DNA from: a virus
Lineage: Duplodnaviria > Caudoviricetes
Virus record (IMG/VR): IMGVR_UViG_3300037483_000044
Location: 1-43,520 of that record
Direction: 5' to 3' (one strand)
DNA length: 43,520 nt
A program made the translations under genes and the position numbers. Below the pieces are notes generated by a model. The model was not told where the DNA came from. It did not search any database and saw only the letters and a program-made list of their open reading frames with translations. The first letter of the stretch is position 1, and the number at the start of each line of letters is the position of its first letter. Below, piece by piece: positions 26,110 through 36,770 of the stretch.

Positions 26110-27621
26110 CTAGTTAGTAGTCTTTGGAACTTGCTGTTTAACTGCAACTACTGGTGTTATAGAGTATATCCTAGACGGATTAACCCAATCCGTTATCGTA
26201 AAATCTAGTATAAAATAAGCATTTCTAAAACGCATAGATTTCATAAATTTTAGAAATTTTCTGATAGCTCCAATACTACTTACAATTTCATGTACTGATA
26301 TGTCTGTTTCAGAAGGTCTAGCCCATGTATTATTTATTACATCTGCCCAGGTAAAGGACGCCATCTGAGCCCAAGTAACTGTAAAATTATATATAACTGG
26401 TACAGCGTAAGCATCAACAGTACCATTGACCAAAACATCAGCACCCCACCAATACAATTTCTTAAATAGATTAGGACTATTTAAATCGTATATTTTGGTT
26501 TCAATACGTGCATGTACACCTGATTCACTTCTACTTGCTTGAAATCCATCCAAAAAAGTATATGTATGCTCATTACCAACAGCATTAGAATTACTTACAT
26601 ATGACGCTAAAGAACCTGCATTAGCACTATCTGGTGTGTAATAAAACCTCGCTACAGGGCTGGTAAAAGTCCATTGGGACCAAGTTCTCGTAAATAAATA
26701 GAAAATAAAATAATTACCGTAATAAAAAACTACTATTCTATTTCCTACTAATGCTACCCAAATATTAGTTAAATAAGAACCAGCAGCACCTTTAGTAATA
26801 TTATTTCTAATATTAGTTTTATTAAATTGGTAGTTTATCAATTCATATAGAAATCCCCCATGAAAAATATAGAGAATATTTTCGTATTGAGCTATACATC
26901 TAATATCTGCAACACCTATAGTTTTAGATACAGGGTTAATAACACCTTTACTTGGCGATGAATCGTATTGTAGTACGTACGTACCATTTTCTTTGAAGAG
27001 GAATAGATTGCTGCTAAGTGCATAGATATCTACTAATTTTTGTCCATCACCTTTATTAGGGTCTAAAAAATCTGCACCTGCCCACGCTGTACCATCACCG
27101 ATACCTGAAAAGTATAAACGAGAACCATTAACTGTTTCAGATTTTCCTGCTGCAATCCATAAACGTTCCTTGAATATTGCTATAGCAGAGCCTTTAGGCA
27201 TTGACGCTACAGCGGAGAACCCTCCGGATGGGTCCCAAGATCCTCCAGGATTAGCAGAACCAGGTATCGCAGGGATCCACATCTTATCTAGATACTGGAT
27301 TGCACAATCTGCTGCATACGTATTAGTAATAAGATTCCAGGTACCGCTGGATAGATAATATATAGCTGAAGTAGTTGAGCCTATAAGATACACACTACCT
27401 GTTTGTGACCTAAAGTAGCCAAGTAAGTCAATATTTTGACCTGTAATAGGTCCGGTAACACTATCTTGTGTAACGGGAGGTCTTGATATAAGAGTACCAT
27501 CTACATCGAAATCAAAATTTTTACATACAGCTAATTCTGTATCCTTAATAGATGTAGGATCACTAAAATTATTAAGACCACCTGTAAAAGGTCCTAATTT
27601 TAGCATACTACTATTAGCCAT
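26110..27621 (-). CDS. Tail nozzle / tail tube B (P22 gp10-like beta-propeller)
   Basis: FTGGLN...N.DFD..G.LISR N-terminus, IFKERLW, RLYFS and LFLFKE. Confidence 0.75.
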   Translation of the reverse strand: MANSSMLKLGPFTGGLNNFSDPTSIKDTELAVCKNFDFDVDGTLISRPPVTQDSVTGPITGQNIDLLGYFRSQTGSVYLIGSTTSAIYYLSSGTWNLITNTYAADCAIQYLDKMWIPAIPGSANPGGSWDPSGGFSAVASMPKGSAIAIFKERLWIAAGKSETVNGSRLYFSGIGDGTAWAGADFLDPNKGDGQKLVDIYALSSNLFLFKENGTYVLQYDSSPSKGVINPVSKTIGVADIRCIAQYENILYIFHGGFLYELINYQFNKTNIRNNITKGAAGSYLTNIWVALVGNRIVVFYYGNYFIFYLFTRTWSQWTFTSPVARFYYTPDSANAGSLASYVSNSNAVGNEHTYTFLDGFQASRSESGVHARIETKIYDLNSPNLFKKLYWWGADVLVNGTVDAYAVPVIYNFTVTWAQMASFTWADVINNTWARPSETDISVHEIVSSIGAIRKFLKFMKSMRFRNAYFILDFTITDWVNPSRIYSITPVVAVKQQVPKTTN

Positions 27622-28271
27622 TATGCATCCTCCTGCATAACAGTTATTGTAGCATAAAATCGTTCACTTCCATAATCTTGTTCTATTTCATTTAAATCAT
27701 CTGTAAGTTGTTTTTGTTTTACCATAGATCCATTCCAGTCATCGTCTAATTCGTATGCTTGTTGCATGACGTAATTAAGTAATGACTGATAATACACATC
27801 AGGAATAGATAATGTATCACTACCTGTAGTTATTAATACAGGTTGCAATACGCAAAAAAGTTTTATTGTATCAGTTGATGCCTGTGGAGGAGGCCACAGA
27901 AAAACAGAATCGTCCCAATCATACCATAATATAGGAACACCTGATTGAGTTTGAGCAGGATTAGTTTTAGATAAAATTAATTCCTGTACTTCACTGAATT
28001 GACGTTGATCTATAGGTACTTCATTATAGAAAACTGCTTCAATGCTTATTATATTAACACCTGTGAAACTATACTGTGACTGACCACTAACAGAAGGAGT
28101 TGTGGCTGTAGTTTTATTCCACTTATTTTTACGTGCTATTTCTAACTGTCCTTGATTTACCCATCTTATTATGTCAGTATCGGTGATCTGAGCACCTGAT
28201 TCATCACCAAACTGCCTTTTAGCAGCAGTGATTATATCACTGACCAGATGAGTAGCAGGTGCAATAGGCAT
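27621..28271 (-). CDS. Head-tail adaptor / tail tube A
   Basis: IIRWVNQGQ.EI, LWPPP and IPD.Y...L..Y; sits immediately before the nozzle. Confidence 0.75.
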   Translation of the reverse strand: MPIAPATHLVSDIITAAKRQFGDESGAQITDTDIIRWVNQGQLEIARKNKWNKTTATTPSVSGQSQYSFTGVNIISIEAVFYNEVPIDQRQFSEVQELILSKTNPAQTQSGVPILWYDWDDSVFLWPPPQASTDTIKLFCVLQPVLITTGSDTLSIPDVYYQSLLNYVMQQAYELDDDWNGSMVKQKQLTDDLNEIEQDYGSERFYATITVMQEDA

Positions 28272-28280
28272 TTAAATCAC

Positions 28281-28703
28281 CTAACTATATACTTTACCAT
28301 TATGTCTATAATAGTTCTTACCTTTAATAATAGAGGAGGCTAAATCATTAGCTTCTTCACTAGCCTCTAAATTAGCCTTGAGACGTAACACTTCCCTTGC
28401 ATCTTCAATTGCTTTTAGTCGTTGTAGTGGTGCATCGCCATTTCTTGCAACATCATTCATCCAGAGCCAGGCCACTAGTTCTGGATTAACATCAGATTCT
28501 CTTAATTTTCGTACGATGTACGATTTTAAATTAGAAGGAGAATGCTGTATGGCAAATGGAAACTCTTCGTCGAATTCTCTTAAATTAGGAGGAATCCACA
28601 CTAGATTAAGTGTAGAATCGTAGTCATTGATTATTTCAGCAATTCTTCTATGTTCTTCTGATACAAAATGACCTACTAGAGGATCAAAAATATGTGGAGA
28701 CAT
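28281..28703 (-). CDS. Hypothetical protein in the structural module
   Basis: Coupled ORF of 140 aa. Confidence 0.7.
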   Translation of the reverse strand: MSPHIFDPLVGHFVSEEHRRIAEIINDYDSTLNLVWIPPNLREFDEEFPFAIQHSPSNLKSYIVRKLRESDVNPELVAWLWMNDVARNGDAPLQRLKAIEDAREVLRLKANLEASEEANDLASSIIKGKNYYRHNGKVYS

Positions 28704-29080
28704 TAGTTATACCTATCACCAAAAGCCATAACTACAGCATTGGCTGTAGTTGGACCACCTGTAGTTGTAGCTCTAACTCTTAATTGCCTACCTGTAGTTT
28801 GATTCAACACCATACCAGGTCCTATATAAAAACTACTAACACCATTAGCAGATAATGCTGTTGCAGCATTGACAAGAACCCATGTAGTACCGTCAACCGA
28901 TGCTCTTTCTACAGAGAATTGTACTGTAGGTGCCGTTCCACCAGTTAACCCAGATAAAACACAATCTATAGCAACTGTTTCTGAATTTCTAACATCTAAC
29001 GCTACTACAGTAACTGTTCCATTATTTTTAACATCAGTTGGTAACAGTGATGTATTAGCTATCGCATATGTTTCAATCAT
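28703..29080 (-). CDS. Beta-rich structural / decoration protein
   Basis: GGTAPTVQFSVE.....TTW and RQLRVR pattern. Confidence 0.6.
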   Translation of the reverse strand: MIETYAIANTSLLPTDVKNNGTVTVVALDVRNSETVAIDCVLSGLTGGTAPTVQFSVERASVDGTTWVLVNAATALSANGVSSFYIGPGMVLNQTTGRQLRVRATTTGGPTTANAVVMAFGDRYN

Positions 29081-30486
29081 GGAAGTCTCGGCCTTTCATT
29101 ATTTAATGTGTATAAATCATACAGAGTTTTACCGATGCCGTCACTTCCTGTAGCTGCTTTTAGTCTACTATACTCCCTATCAGCTATTGATCCAGTGGTA
29201 TAACCTAAAGCTATCAATTCTTGCATTATAATATCAGCTTTACTTCCAACATATGAAACACCGTCAAAATCAATTACTGCAAAATCAGTAGCTCCTATAG
29301 ATTCTACGTAATCAATATCTAAAGAACCTGTAATTAAATCTACAGCAACAGCATCTGTAGCACCTGTAGAATCTTCAACAACACTGGTCATTGAAAGTTC
29401 TATGTTAAATGTGTCTATAGAACCAATTAAATCTTCAAAACTAGAAACCATACTTAAGAGCATAACTACAGTATCTGTACTACCTGTAGTATCTTCAGTA
29501 ATTACTTCAAAACCACCAGAAAAATCAATAATATTAGTATCGACAAGACCAGTATTATCTTCTACACTGAAATTAAAGTCAGTTTCTAAACCACCATCTG
29601 TAAGACCAGTATCGTCTACTGAGCTTATACCTAAACCTACACTAACTATTATTGTATCTGATGCACCTGCATCATCTTCATTAATCTGTGTTTGAAGTTG
29701 GCTTAAATCTACAACAGCAGTATCTATACTTCCTGTAACATCTGATATAGAAGTTATATGCTCTTGTACTATTACATTAGTATCTACTGCCCCTGTAACA
29801 TCAGTACTTTCTTGAGTTAAGCTAGAACCACCACTAGCAACTTTAATTGAAACAAGTATAGCAATAGGATTAGTTGTCTCGTGTCCAGTATCTCCAACAG
29901 TAACAGTAGTGGATAAGGTTTCAGTTGCTGATAAAGTTTTAGACGATAACCAAGCTGTGTCAACATCACCTGATGTAAAGTGTTGGGGTATAGTACCTAC
30001 ATTAGCAAATCCTCCTGTCCAGGAAGGATTAGATGTATAAGCACTATCCCAACTATAACTAGCCACAAAAGCAAAAGCATACTCAGCAGCTTGTGAGGTA
30101 GAGCCTCCTGCTGTTAAAGTTGCAGTTAAGCCCGAAGCAGGTTTAGTCAATTGACTAATATCAACAGGGGATGTTGTATCAGCATCTGTGAATTCAATTA
30201 CAAATACGCCTGCTGAGTTAGATGCCCCAAAAGCTACTGATACATTATCAGACGAGTTACCTGTAGCAACTCTCCAATACGAACCACCAGCTACCCAGTT
30301 AACATCCCCTGTTAACTTTGTCCAACCCGTTATATTATAATCATCATTACTACCATTTGTACCATACGAGCTATCAGCCCAAACAAAAGCTAATAAAAGA
30401 CGTCCAGAAGTTGCACCACTTACCGTTGCAACTTGAGTAGTAGCAGCAGCAGATGACAAAAAAGTAGTTAGAACACTAAAAGACAT
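29077..30486 (-). CDS. Tail fibre-like protein with acidic repeat stalk
   Basis: S/T/A/G-rich N-terminal beta domain; about 9 repeats of (E/T/S/V)DxxGxxD. Confidence 0.6.
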   Translation of the reverse strand: MSFSVLTTFLSSAAATTQVATVSGATSGRLLLAFVWADSSYGTNGSNDDYNITGWTKLTGDVNWVAGGSYWRVATGNSSDNVSVAFGASNSAGVFVIEFTDADTTSPVDISQLTKPASGLTATLTAGGSTSQAAEYAFAFVASYSWDSAYTSNPSWTGGFANVGTIPQHFTSGDVDTAWLSSKTLSATETLSTTVTVGDTGHETTNPIAILVSIKVASGGSSLTQESTDVTGAVDTNVIVQEHITSISDVTGSIDTAVVDLSQLQTQINEDDAGASDTIIVSVGLGISSVDDTGLTDGGLETDFNFSVEDNTGLVDTNIIDFSGGFEVITEDTTGSTDTVVMLLSMVSSFEDLIGSIDTFNIELSMTSVVEDSTGATDAVAVDLITGSLDIDYVESIGATDFAVIDFDGVSYVGSKADIIMQELIALGYTTGSIADREYSRLKAATGSDGIGKTLYDLYTLNNERPRLP

Positions 30487-30499
30487 GCTCTACCTACTT

Positions 30500-31345
30500 T
30501 CATAAAGAAATGGGAGTTAGATCAGGGACAAATACATTTCCAGATTGAACACCTGGCGATCGTGCATCATTTGCAGGACCAAATAATCCACAATTAGCAT
30601 GGTAGACCCTACCAAAGTGATTGTTTGTAGCAGTTATATTTCCAGATGGTGCGTCTAGATATACTGAGTAGTTACCACCATCAAAATAATTACTATCAAT
30701 CAAAATTGGACCAGCAGCATCACTAATTTCACTACCAACCATAATACAACCGCCGCCTTCTAGCGGTTCATCCACAATATAGTTCCGGGTGAACGTCAAG
30801 TTCCGGCCGGGACCGCCATATCGCTGGATACCATCGCAGTGGGCATCTGGATAAATATTCTGCAATAAATGTATATATGTTCTGTCTACTGTCACATGAT
30901 CATTAGCTCTAACACCATCACCAGCATTCCATAAATCACAACGTAATACAGTAAAACCACCATTATCCCCGTATACAGCTACTTCACCTTTATTGGAACA
31001 ATTAACTTCACAATTTTGAATTATAATATCATCAGCAGAAGGAGTACCTGATGATCTTCCTGCAATAATTATTCCGAAATTATTATCTGCAGTATTTGTA
31101 ATTCTACATCTATCAATTATTACCCCTGTAACATCTGCCGCTACAGTGATTCCTCCTGATACATCCAACAGAGTATACGTACCAGAAGAACTTATTGTAA
31201 AACCTCCTGTAGCGGTCATTTGTCCAAGAGTTACCCCTGCACCTCTCCAACCAACTTTATTGGCATCTGCATTAATATCATCACCTATATTAATAGTAGG
31301 AGGACCTGTATCCCAGACACCTACTCTAATATCGATATTAGCCAT
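30500..31345 (-). CDS. Right-handed beta-helix protein (possible depolymerase / RBP)
   Basis: Repeating IxNC/NxF strands, DG pairs and AHCDGIQ. Confidence 0.65.
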   Translation of the reverse strand: MANIDIRVGVWDTGPPTINIGDDINADANKVGWRGAGVTLGQMTATGGFTISSSGTYTLLDVSGGITVAADVTGVIIDRCRITNTADNNFGIIIAGRSSGTPSADDIIIQNCEVNCSNKGEVAVYGDNGGFTVLRCDLWNAGDGVRANDHVTVDRTYIHLLQNIYPDAHCDGIQRYGGPGRNLTFTRNYIVDEPLEGGGCIMVGSEISDAAGPILIDSNYFDGGNYSVYLDAPSGNITATNNHFGRVYHANCGLFGPANDARSPGVQSGNVFVPDLTPISL

Positions 31346-31912
31346 TTAAGCGCCTAATTGCTTATGCGACCAAGTAATAGCTAAAGTATCAGATGCTGTT
31401 TTATTTTTAGCTGTGAAAGTAATACGCGAAATAGTATTAGCTGCTGTAGATGTAGCATTTGTACCAGCATCGTTAACAATTACAGCTTCAGTAATTGCAC
31501 TATTTGTGGCTTCTCCAGCTGCCCATGTAGTTTTATAAACTGCTGTAACTCCAAGTCCTGCACCAAGATTAGCAATTTGCGGATATGTAGCATCAAAAGC
31601 TTTATTAGATGCACTAATATAAGTAACTAATGCTGCACCAGCACCACTTTTAGCTGCAGCCGTGGTACCTGTACCTAATTTCATACCAGACATAGCAGTA
31701 GGTGCTGAGGGATTAGCAGGTGAAATACCTACTATAAGTTTAGATGCATTATATAGGTCACCTGCATCTGAAATTAAATTATTAACAAACTCTCTTTCTT
31801 TTACATTACCATTTATATCAATTACTTCAATTATAGCAAAACCTTCACCTCCACACGCATCTTTACCTAAAGAAACTTCAATAGAATCCTCAACATTAAT
31901 TTTTTCCTGCAT
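31346..31912 (-). CDS. Structural (fibre-base-like) protein
   Basis: NNLISDAG, MKLGTGTTA, AITEA and KTASDTLAITW pattern, common in phage tail-associated proteins. Confidence 0.7.
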   Translation of the reverse strand: MQEKINVEDSIEVSLGKDACGGEGFAIIEVIDINGNVKEREFVNNLISDAGDLYNASKLIVGISPANPSAPTAMSGMKLGTGTTAAAKSGAGAALVTYISASNKAFDATYPQIANLGAGLGVTAVYKTTWAAGEATNSAITEAVIVNDAGTNATSTAANTISRITFTAKNKTASDTLAITWSHKQLGA

Positions 31913-31923
31913 TTTTTCTCCTA

Positions 31924-31961
31924 AAAATTAAGGGGCCGGGCCAATAAAGACCCGGCCCCTT
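31924..31961 (-). terminator. Intrinsic terminator after the major capsid gene
   Basis: 11-bp stem AAGGGGCCGGG/CCCGGCCCCTT followed by AATTTTT on the - strand. Confidence 0.85.
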
Positions 31962-31981
31962 GAAGCCAAACTATCTATATC

Positions 31982-33190
31982 TTAACCCTCAGTTATATCT
32001 TCAATTCTACCATGCGTATTGCGACGGTGAGTACCAAACTCACAATACTTATACATAGTTGCAGCATAAGCATCGAAAGTTCCTGCAGAAGTAACTACTC
32101 TATTCCACATACTACCGTCACGATCCATGAAGGACCAATCAGCTTCTTGATATATCTTCATCTCACCTTCATTAAGGTAGGTGAGAGTGTTAGGCGGCGC
32201 CATTGTATCAACCACAACAGGTATATCACCTGTATCCGTAGTAAATGCAAGACCACTAAAACCGCCTGTAAACTCTTGGGTATTAGTGAAACGACGTTGC
32301 GAAGTAAGAAGATTGAAATAGGCACGACGAACGCCAAGGTTAGCAAAGATAACTGAAACTTTACCACCTCGAAGACGGATTGCATCCGCCATATTTATCA
32401 TCATACCTTCAGAAATGGCACGGTTAGTGCCACCATTTGCATCAATATTAGAAGTCCACTGTGCATCTGTAATGTTATACAGAGCACCAGAACTTTGTAT
32501 AATAACACCAAGTCCTGTAATTTCTCGCTGAGTAGCTAAAGTTGCAAGACCAACAGAACCCATGCGAACAACAATATCACCAACAGCAGTAGTAATGTTA
32601 GCACCAGAAATAGTCATACCTGTTGCAGTAATAGCAGTAACAGTACGACCTGTAGCTTTCTGGGTTACACCATCAGCAGTATATACATCTACTATCATAC
32701 CCATCTGTAACCAATAATTATGCTTGATTACAAAGGTTGTTGAAGTAACAACAGTAGTAATAGTTGCAACTGCACCTTGACCACTACCATAGACTTGACG
32801 GTTGAAGTCAACTGCAAGGTCACGCTTAAGTCCCTGCATTTCAAGATCAAGTGTTGACACAAAAGATTGAACATTAGTTTTAGCTAGTTCAAAAGTTTGT
32901 CCCGTTAACTGAACAGAGCCATAAAGGTACTTAAGAGATACACGTGCTGCAAGAGTTGTCTGATTACCTGCGGCAGGTAGAGCCTCTAGTTCAGTACGTG
33001 CACCAATACCAGGGTTACGTGCAGTATGAATAGGGAAAACTACATATTTACCACCAGCATCAGCAGCTACACCCTCAGAAGTACGAGTAATGCGCTTAAC
33101 AGTAGTCATTTCATCGTTAAGCTGCATTCGTAATCTTGATTCATAGATTTCTTTAGTAATAGCTGAGATGGTCGTCATTGTGGCGCCCAT
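31982..33190 (-). CDS. Major capsid protein
   Basis: 402 aa between scaffold and terminator; GGKYVVFPIH, YLYGSVQLTGQ, EMQGL..DL and RRNTHGRIEDI. Confidence 0.85.
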   Translation of the reverse strand: MGATMTTISAITKEIYESRLRMQLNDEMTTVKRITRTSEGVAADAGGKYVVFPIHTARNPGIGARTELEALPAAGNQTTLAARVSLKYLYGSVQLTGQTFELAKTNVQSFVSTLDLEMQGLKRDLAVDFNRQVYGSGQGAVATITTVVTSTTFVIKHNYWLQMGMIVDVYTADGVTQKATGRTVTAITATGMTISGANITTAVGDIVVRMGSVGLATLATQREITGLGVIIQSSGALYNITDAQWTSNIDANGGTNRAISEGMMINMADAIRLRGGKVSVIFANLGVRRAYFNLLTSQRRFTNTQEFTGGFSGLAFTTDTGDIPVVVDTMAPPNTLTYLNEGEMKIYQEADWSFMDRDGSMWNRVVTSAGTFDAYAATMYKYCEFGTHRRNTHGRIEDITEG

Positions 33191-33192
33191 TA

Positions 33193-34092
33193 TTACTCCT
33201 TAAAGGCTTGGGACAGCATTTCGCCCATTAGTTTTTTAGCATCTTGCTCACTAAGGGCAGCCGGATTAAATGGAGTTGAAGGCGTTGCACCACTAGGCGC
33301 AAGAACTGGAGGAGCACCATTATTCGCTACAGGAAGCGACCTAATCTTATTGATCTCGGCTTCATACTGAGCAACTGCTTCAGTTATAGCCTTTTCTGGA
33401 TCTGTACCTGTATTAATTTTACCTGATGCTACACCCATGACGTAACCCATACTTGGTTCAATACCCTTAGCTTTAAAAGATTGGTGTACTTTTGAAAGTT
33501 GGGTATCTAGCCAAACTTGGGCAGAACGTTCTTCTTGTTCTTTGGCCTGCTGCATAAGGAACTGTTGCATTTGCTCCTGCTGCTGTGCTAACGCCTGAAA
33601 TCTAGGATCTCTGGTGATGTCAAATTGAGCATCTTGAAATTCACCTAAATCCTGTTCTGGCTGTTGCTGTTGGCCCTGCCCGCTAGGAGGAGCACTAACC
33701 CCAAGATAAGCTGCTAATTCATCGTATAGACGCTGAGGATCTTTTTCTAAAACTCCATAAAGCTGTAAAGCTGCATCTATAGCTTCTGGATCTACCTTTT
33801 TTTCTACAAAAGGCTTATAGGGGTCGTACTGCGAGTGTACCGCCGCAAATCTATCCTGCACTCCCTGATCCCATTTTTGTAAAACAGGACGTATCGTATC
33901 ATGTAACGATTGGGGAATCGCAGATAAAACTTCATTCCATGAGGGATTTCCTACTGGCTGTGCAGTAGGAGACTCTACCACCTGTGGAGAAGGTTCTTGA
34001 GTATCTGGAGCAGGTGAAGAATCTCCTGCACTTATAGCAGCATTAAGCGCTGCTGACATGTCAATCTGTGAATCACCAGTAGGTTCACTCAT
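33193..34092 (-). CDS. Scaffolding protein
   Basis: Acidic, P/Q-rich and helical; directly upstream of the capsid gene. Confidence 0.75.
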   Translation of the reverse strand: MSEPTGDSQIDMSAALNAAISAGDSSPAPDTQEPSPQVVESPTAQPVGNPSWNEVLSAIPQSLHDTIRPVLQKWDQGVQDRFAAVHSQYDPYKPFVEKKVDPEAIDAALQLYGVLEKDPQRLYDELAAYLGVSAPPSGQGQQQQPEQDLGEFQDAQFDITRDPRFQALAQQQEQMQQFLMQQAKEQEERSAQVWLDTQLSKVHQSFKAKGIEPSMGYVMGVASGKINTGTDPEKAITEAVAQYEAEINKIRSLPVANNGAPPVLAPSGATPSTPFNPAALSEQDAKKLMGEMLSQAFKE

Positions 34093-34137
34093 TTTAAATC
34101 TCTCCGCACTGTACCCTAAGGCCCTGGTGCTATACTA

Positions 34138-34407
34138 TTAAATACCAGCAGAGTCACTTGCTAAACGAAGTGCATAAACAAGGTCATTTTTAGTCATAAT
34201 ATCTAAACGTGTTCCAGTAGCAGGAAGTAAAGAATTGAGTGAAGGGGTTCCACCAAAATAACCTGCATTTAAAGCAGTTAAACGTGTACGAAGATCCGCT
34301 ACAGAGTCATAATTAGCTTGTTCCGCTAAAGATGTAGTTGCAGTCCAACCTCTAGCCATACGCTTATCCATGAAACCATATGTAGCATCTAAGTCAATAT
34401 TAGCCAT
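34138..34407 (-). CDS. Small virion-associated hypothetical protein
   Basis: GGGAGG RBS; lies between portal and scaffold. Confidence 0.7.
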   Translation of the reverse strand: MANIDLDATYGFMDKRMARGWTATTSLAEQANYDSVADLRTRLTALNAGYFGGTPSLNSLLPATGTRLDIMTKNDLVYALRLASDSAGI

Positions 34408-36490
34408 TTATTCCTCCCATATCCGGAGGGGCGACCCCGGAAGAATCCAGGGAAGTTGTAGGTAATGGGCCAGAAGACCCATTACCTCCAGTATAATCAG
34501 AAGACGGACCTTGTCCATCAGTTCCTATATTCTGCATAGCAGATTCCATTAACAAAGCAGTATGTGTATTAACATGCTTCTCAAACTCAGCTTGTATTTC
34601 AGGATCTAGTAATTCGTAAGCTTGTGATTTACGGAATCTATTATGTCTATCAATGTGTACCGCATGGTTATCCCATGTATTTACTGGAATTATCGCAGGA
34701 GGATTTAGAGGTTGACCAGTAGCAGTATCAATTTTATTGATATCTTGCCCTGATGCAGCTTCTTGTGCATACTGTTGCTGGTATTGAATAATCTGTTGTG
34801 GGTCTACACGTTTTAACTTTATATTTTCACGCTGTGCTTGAGATTCATCAATTTTCAGCTGTTCGTATAGTTTTTGAACTCCACCCATATCAAGCAGTTT
34901 TAATCCATCTTGAGGATTAATAAAACCCATTTTCATAAGATCCATTAAAAATGCCTGACGTGCACTCTTACTCGTAGGTAAAGCAGAACCACCTTCCATC
35001 CGAATATCAGTGCAGACATCAGAACCTTTAAGCTGTAAGACATCAAAATATCCATCTGTACCAACAACTTTTACAGTTCGCTCAATATCCCAATACTGAG
35101 TAACAAGATATAAAGTTTGCTGGGCTATATCTTCAAAACCACGCTCTACAGAAGAATATGTGTGTGATAAAAGACTGTCATCTTTCTCTTGAAGGTAAGA
35201 GATAGCTGTAGCGGCGGTTACGCCTGGAGGTACACCACCCCTAGAAACCTGGTGCTGGCCTGATATATCTTCTATATCCATTAAAATACGGTCTAATTCC
35301 TGTAAAACATACGGAGGAAGATTTACTAAAGGTAATGGAGTGGGAGGATTAAAACCAGGTCTATACGGAATACCTTGACCTGGTTCAGTTGTAACTTTAC
35401 TAATATCCAATGAACCTTTTACATAAAGTAATTGGGGTTTAGCCATTCTATTTTTAGCTTCTATAATTTGACTACGAGTTCTATTGTACTCTCTCTGTAG
35501 CCCAATTAAATCTGTAATAGTTGATTCCGCATAGAATTTAGCAGAAGGTATATGATCTAATTTAGTAAATGGATATTTACCGTGAGAATAAGGTATTTGT
35601 TCATCAAAATGAACAACTGTATCTCCTACTATATGTATTAAGCCACCTTTAGGTACTAATCTATGGGCACCAGGTTTAGCCCACAATTCCATGCATAATA
35701 CACTATCAGGTTCAGTTTTAGTACTTCCTGCTAGATTTAATACTGAATCTTGTAGAATTTCTTGTGAAGCTACAACATCTGGTTTTATATCAATACCTTG
35801 AAGTTTATTCCCGTATATACGCTGTACTTGTGCAACAGTTTTAGTATATAAATTTAAAACATAAGGTTGATCTTGTATTCCTACGGTACGAAGATCAGGA
35901 ACAAACAAATGGTAAGGAGTAACAGAAGCGTATTTAATATCACCCATAATTTCAGATGTCGGACTTTTTTCATATACAGCATTTGGATCCCACCAAGTTT
36001 TAATAAACCCTGTACCTGTAAGTAGCATCCATAAAGCAGCGTTTTGAAATTCTGTATCTAAATGATTAGTAGAGGAAATTGACTCCCATACTTGTTCTCC
36101 TGCATAAGCAGCAGCTAAGTCTTCATCCTCACTTGATGCAGGTACCACAGATGCATTTGGTTTTTGTGAAGTAACACGTGCTAATTCTGTACGTACTACA
36201 GGCCTAATTCTATTAGATACCTGACGAACACGATAAGGAGGAGCTTTAGGAAGTATTAAACGCCCACCTATATATGCAGGGGCTAACTCTAAATACTGAT
36301 TTCCATAATAAAAAGCAAGATTAAGGTTCCAGTTTAAAATTATCTTCATACGTGCAGATTTCATTTCTTCATAGGTACTCTTTACCCACGCAACTAATTC
36401 AGAAGACTTTTTATTTTGTTGAAATTTAGCCAAGTCCATAGTGCTCAGGGCGGAGGGAGAGTTGTTCAAGGATTGTGTCGTCAATGTCAT
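34400..36490 (-). CDS. Portal protein (P22/podovirus-like)
   Basis: FYYGNQ, NRIRP, GTGFIKTWWD, YPF, DLIGLQREYN, EDISG and TAATAI. Confidence 0.88.
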   Translation of the reverse strand: MTLTTQSLNNSPSALSTMDLAKFQQNKKSSELVAWVKSTYEEMKSARMKIILNWNLNLAFYYGNQYLELAPAYIGGRLILPKAPPYRVRQVSNRIRPVVRTELARVTSQKPNASVVPASSEDEDLAAAYAGEQVWESISSTNHLDTEFQNAALWMLLTGTGFIKTWWDPNAVYEKSPTSEIMGDIKYASVTPYHLFVPDLRTVGIQDQPYVLNLYTKTVAQVQRIYGNKLQGIDIKPDVVASQEILQDSVLNLAGSTKTEPDSVLCMELWAKPGAHRLVPKGGLIHIVGDTVVHFDEQIPYSHGKYPFTKLDHIPSAKFYAESTITDLIGLQREYNRTRSQIIEAKNRMAKPQLLYVKGSLDISKVTTEPGQGIPYRPGFNPPTPLPLVNLPPYVLQELDRILMDIEDISGQHQVSRGGVPPGVTAATAISYLQEKDDSLLSHTYSSVERGFEDIAQQTLYLVTQYWDIERTVKVVGTDGYFDVLQLKGSDVCTDIRMEGGSALPTSKSARQAFLMDLMKMGFINPQDGLKLLDMGGVQKLYEQLKIDESQAQRENIKLKRVDPQQIIQYQQQYAQEAASGQDINKIDTATGQPLNPPAIIPVNTWDNHAVHIDRHNRFRKSQAYELLDPEIQAEFEKHVNTHTALLMESAMQNIGTDGQGPSSDYTGGNGSSGPLPTTSLDSSGVAPPDMGGING

Positions 36491-36770
36491 CTATCCTCCC
36501 ATCTCTTACTAATCTAGCGTATTCTCCAGCATCAGAGGGATCTATTTCCTCATCAGAAACTGAAGATTGTGGATTCATTGCTTGTATTGCTTGAAACGCT
36601 AGCGGATCCTTCGTCGACACTATCCCTATCAACTTGTCTACTATCTTCACATGATCCTGGTTTAAGTTCGTCAGTATTGATAGTTGTTTGTTGTGTTGAC
36701 TGTTCAAGTACAAAACCGTCGTTACGAAACTTAGATATAATAGTATGACGCAAAGAAGCAAAAGATTCAT
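36426..36770 (-). CDS. Membrane protein (N-terminal TM)
   Basis: MNLLLLCVILLYLSFVTTVLYL; AGGA RBS; overlaps both neighbours. Confidence 0.6.
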   Translation of the reverse strand: MNLLLLCVILLYLSFVTTVLYLNSQHNKQLSILTNLNQDHVKIVDKLIGIVSTKDPLAFQAIQAMNPQSSVSDEEIDPSDAGEYARLVRDGRIDDIDDTILEQLSLRPEHYGLG

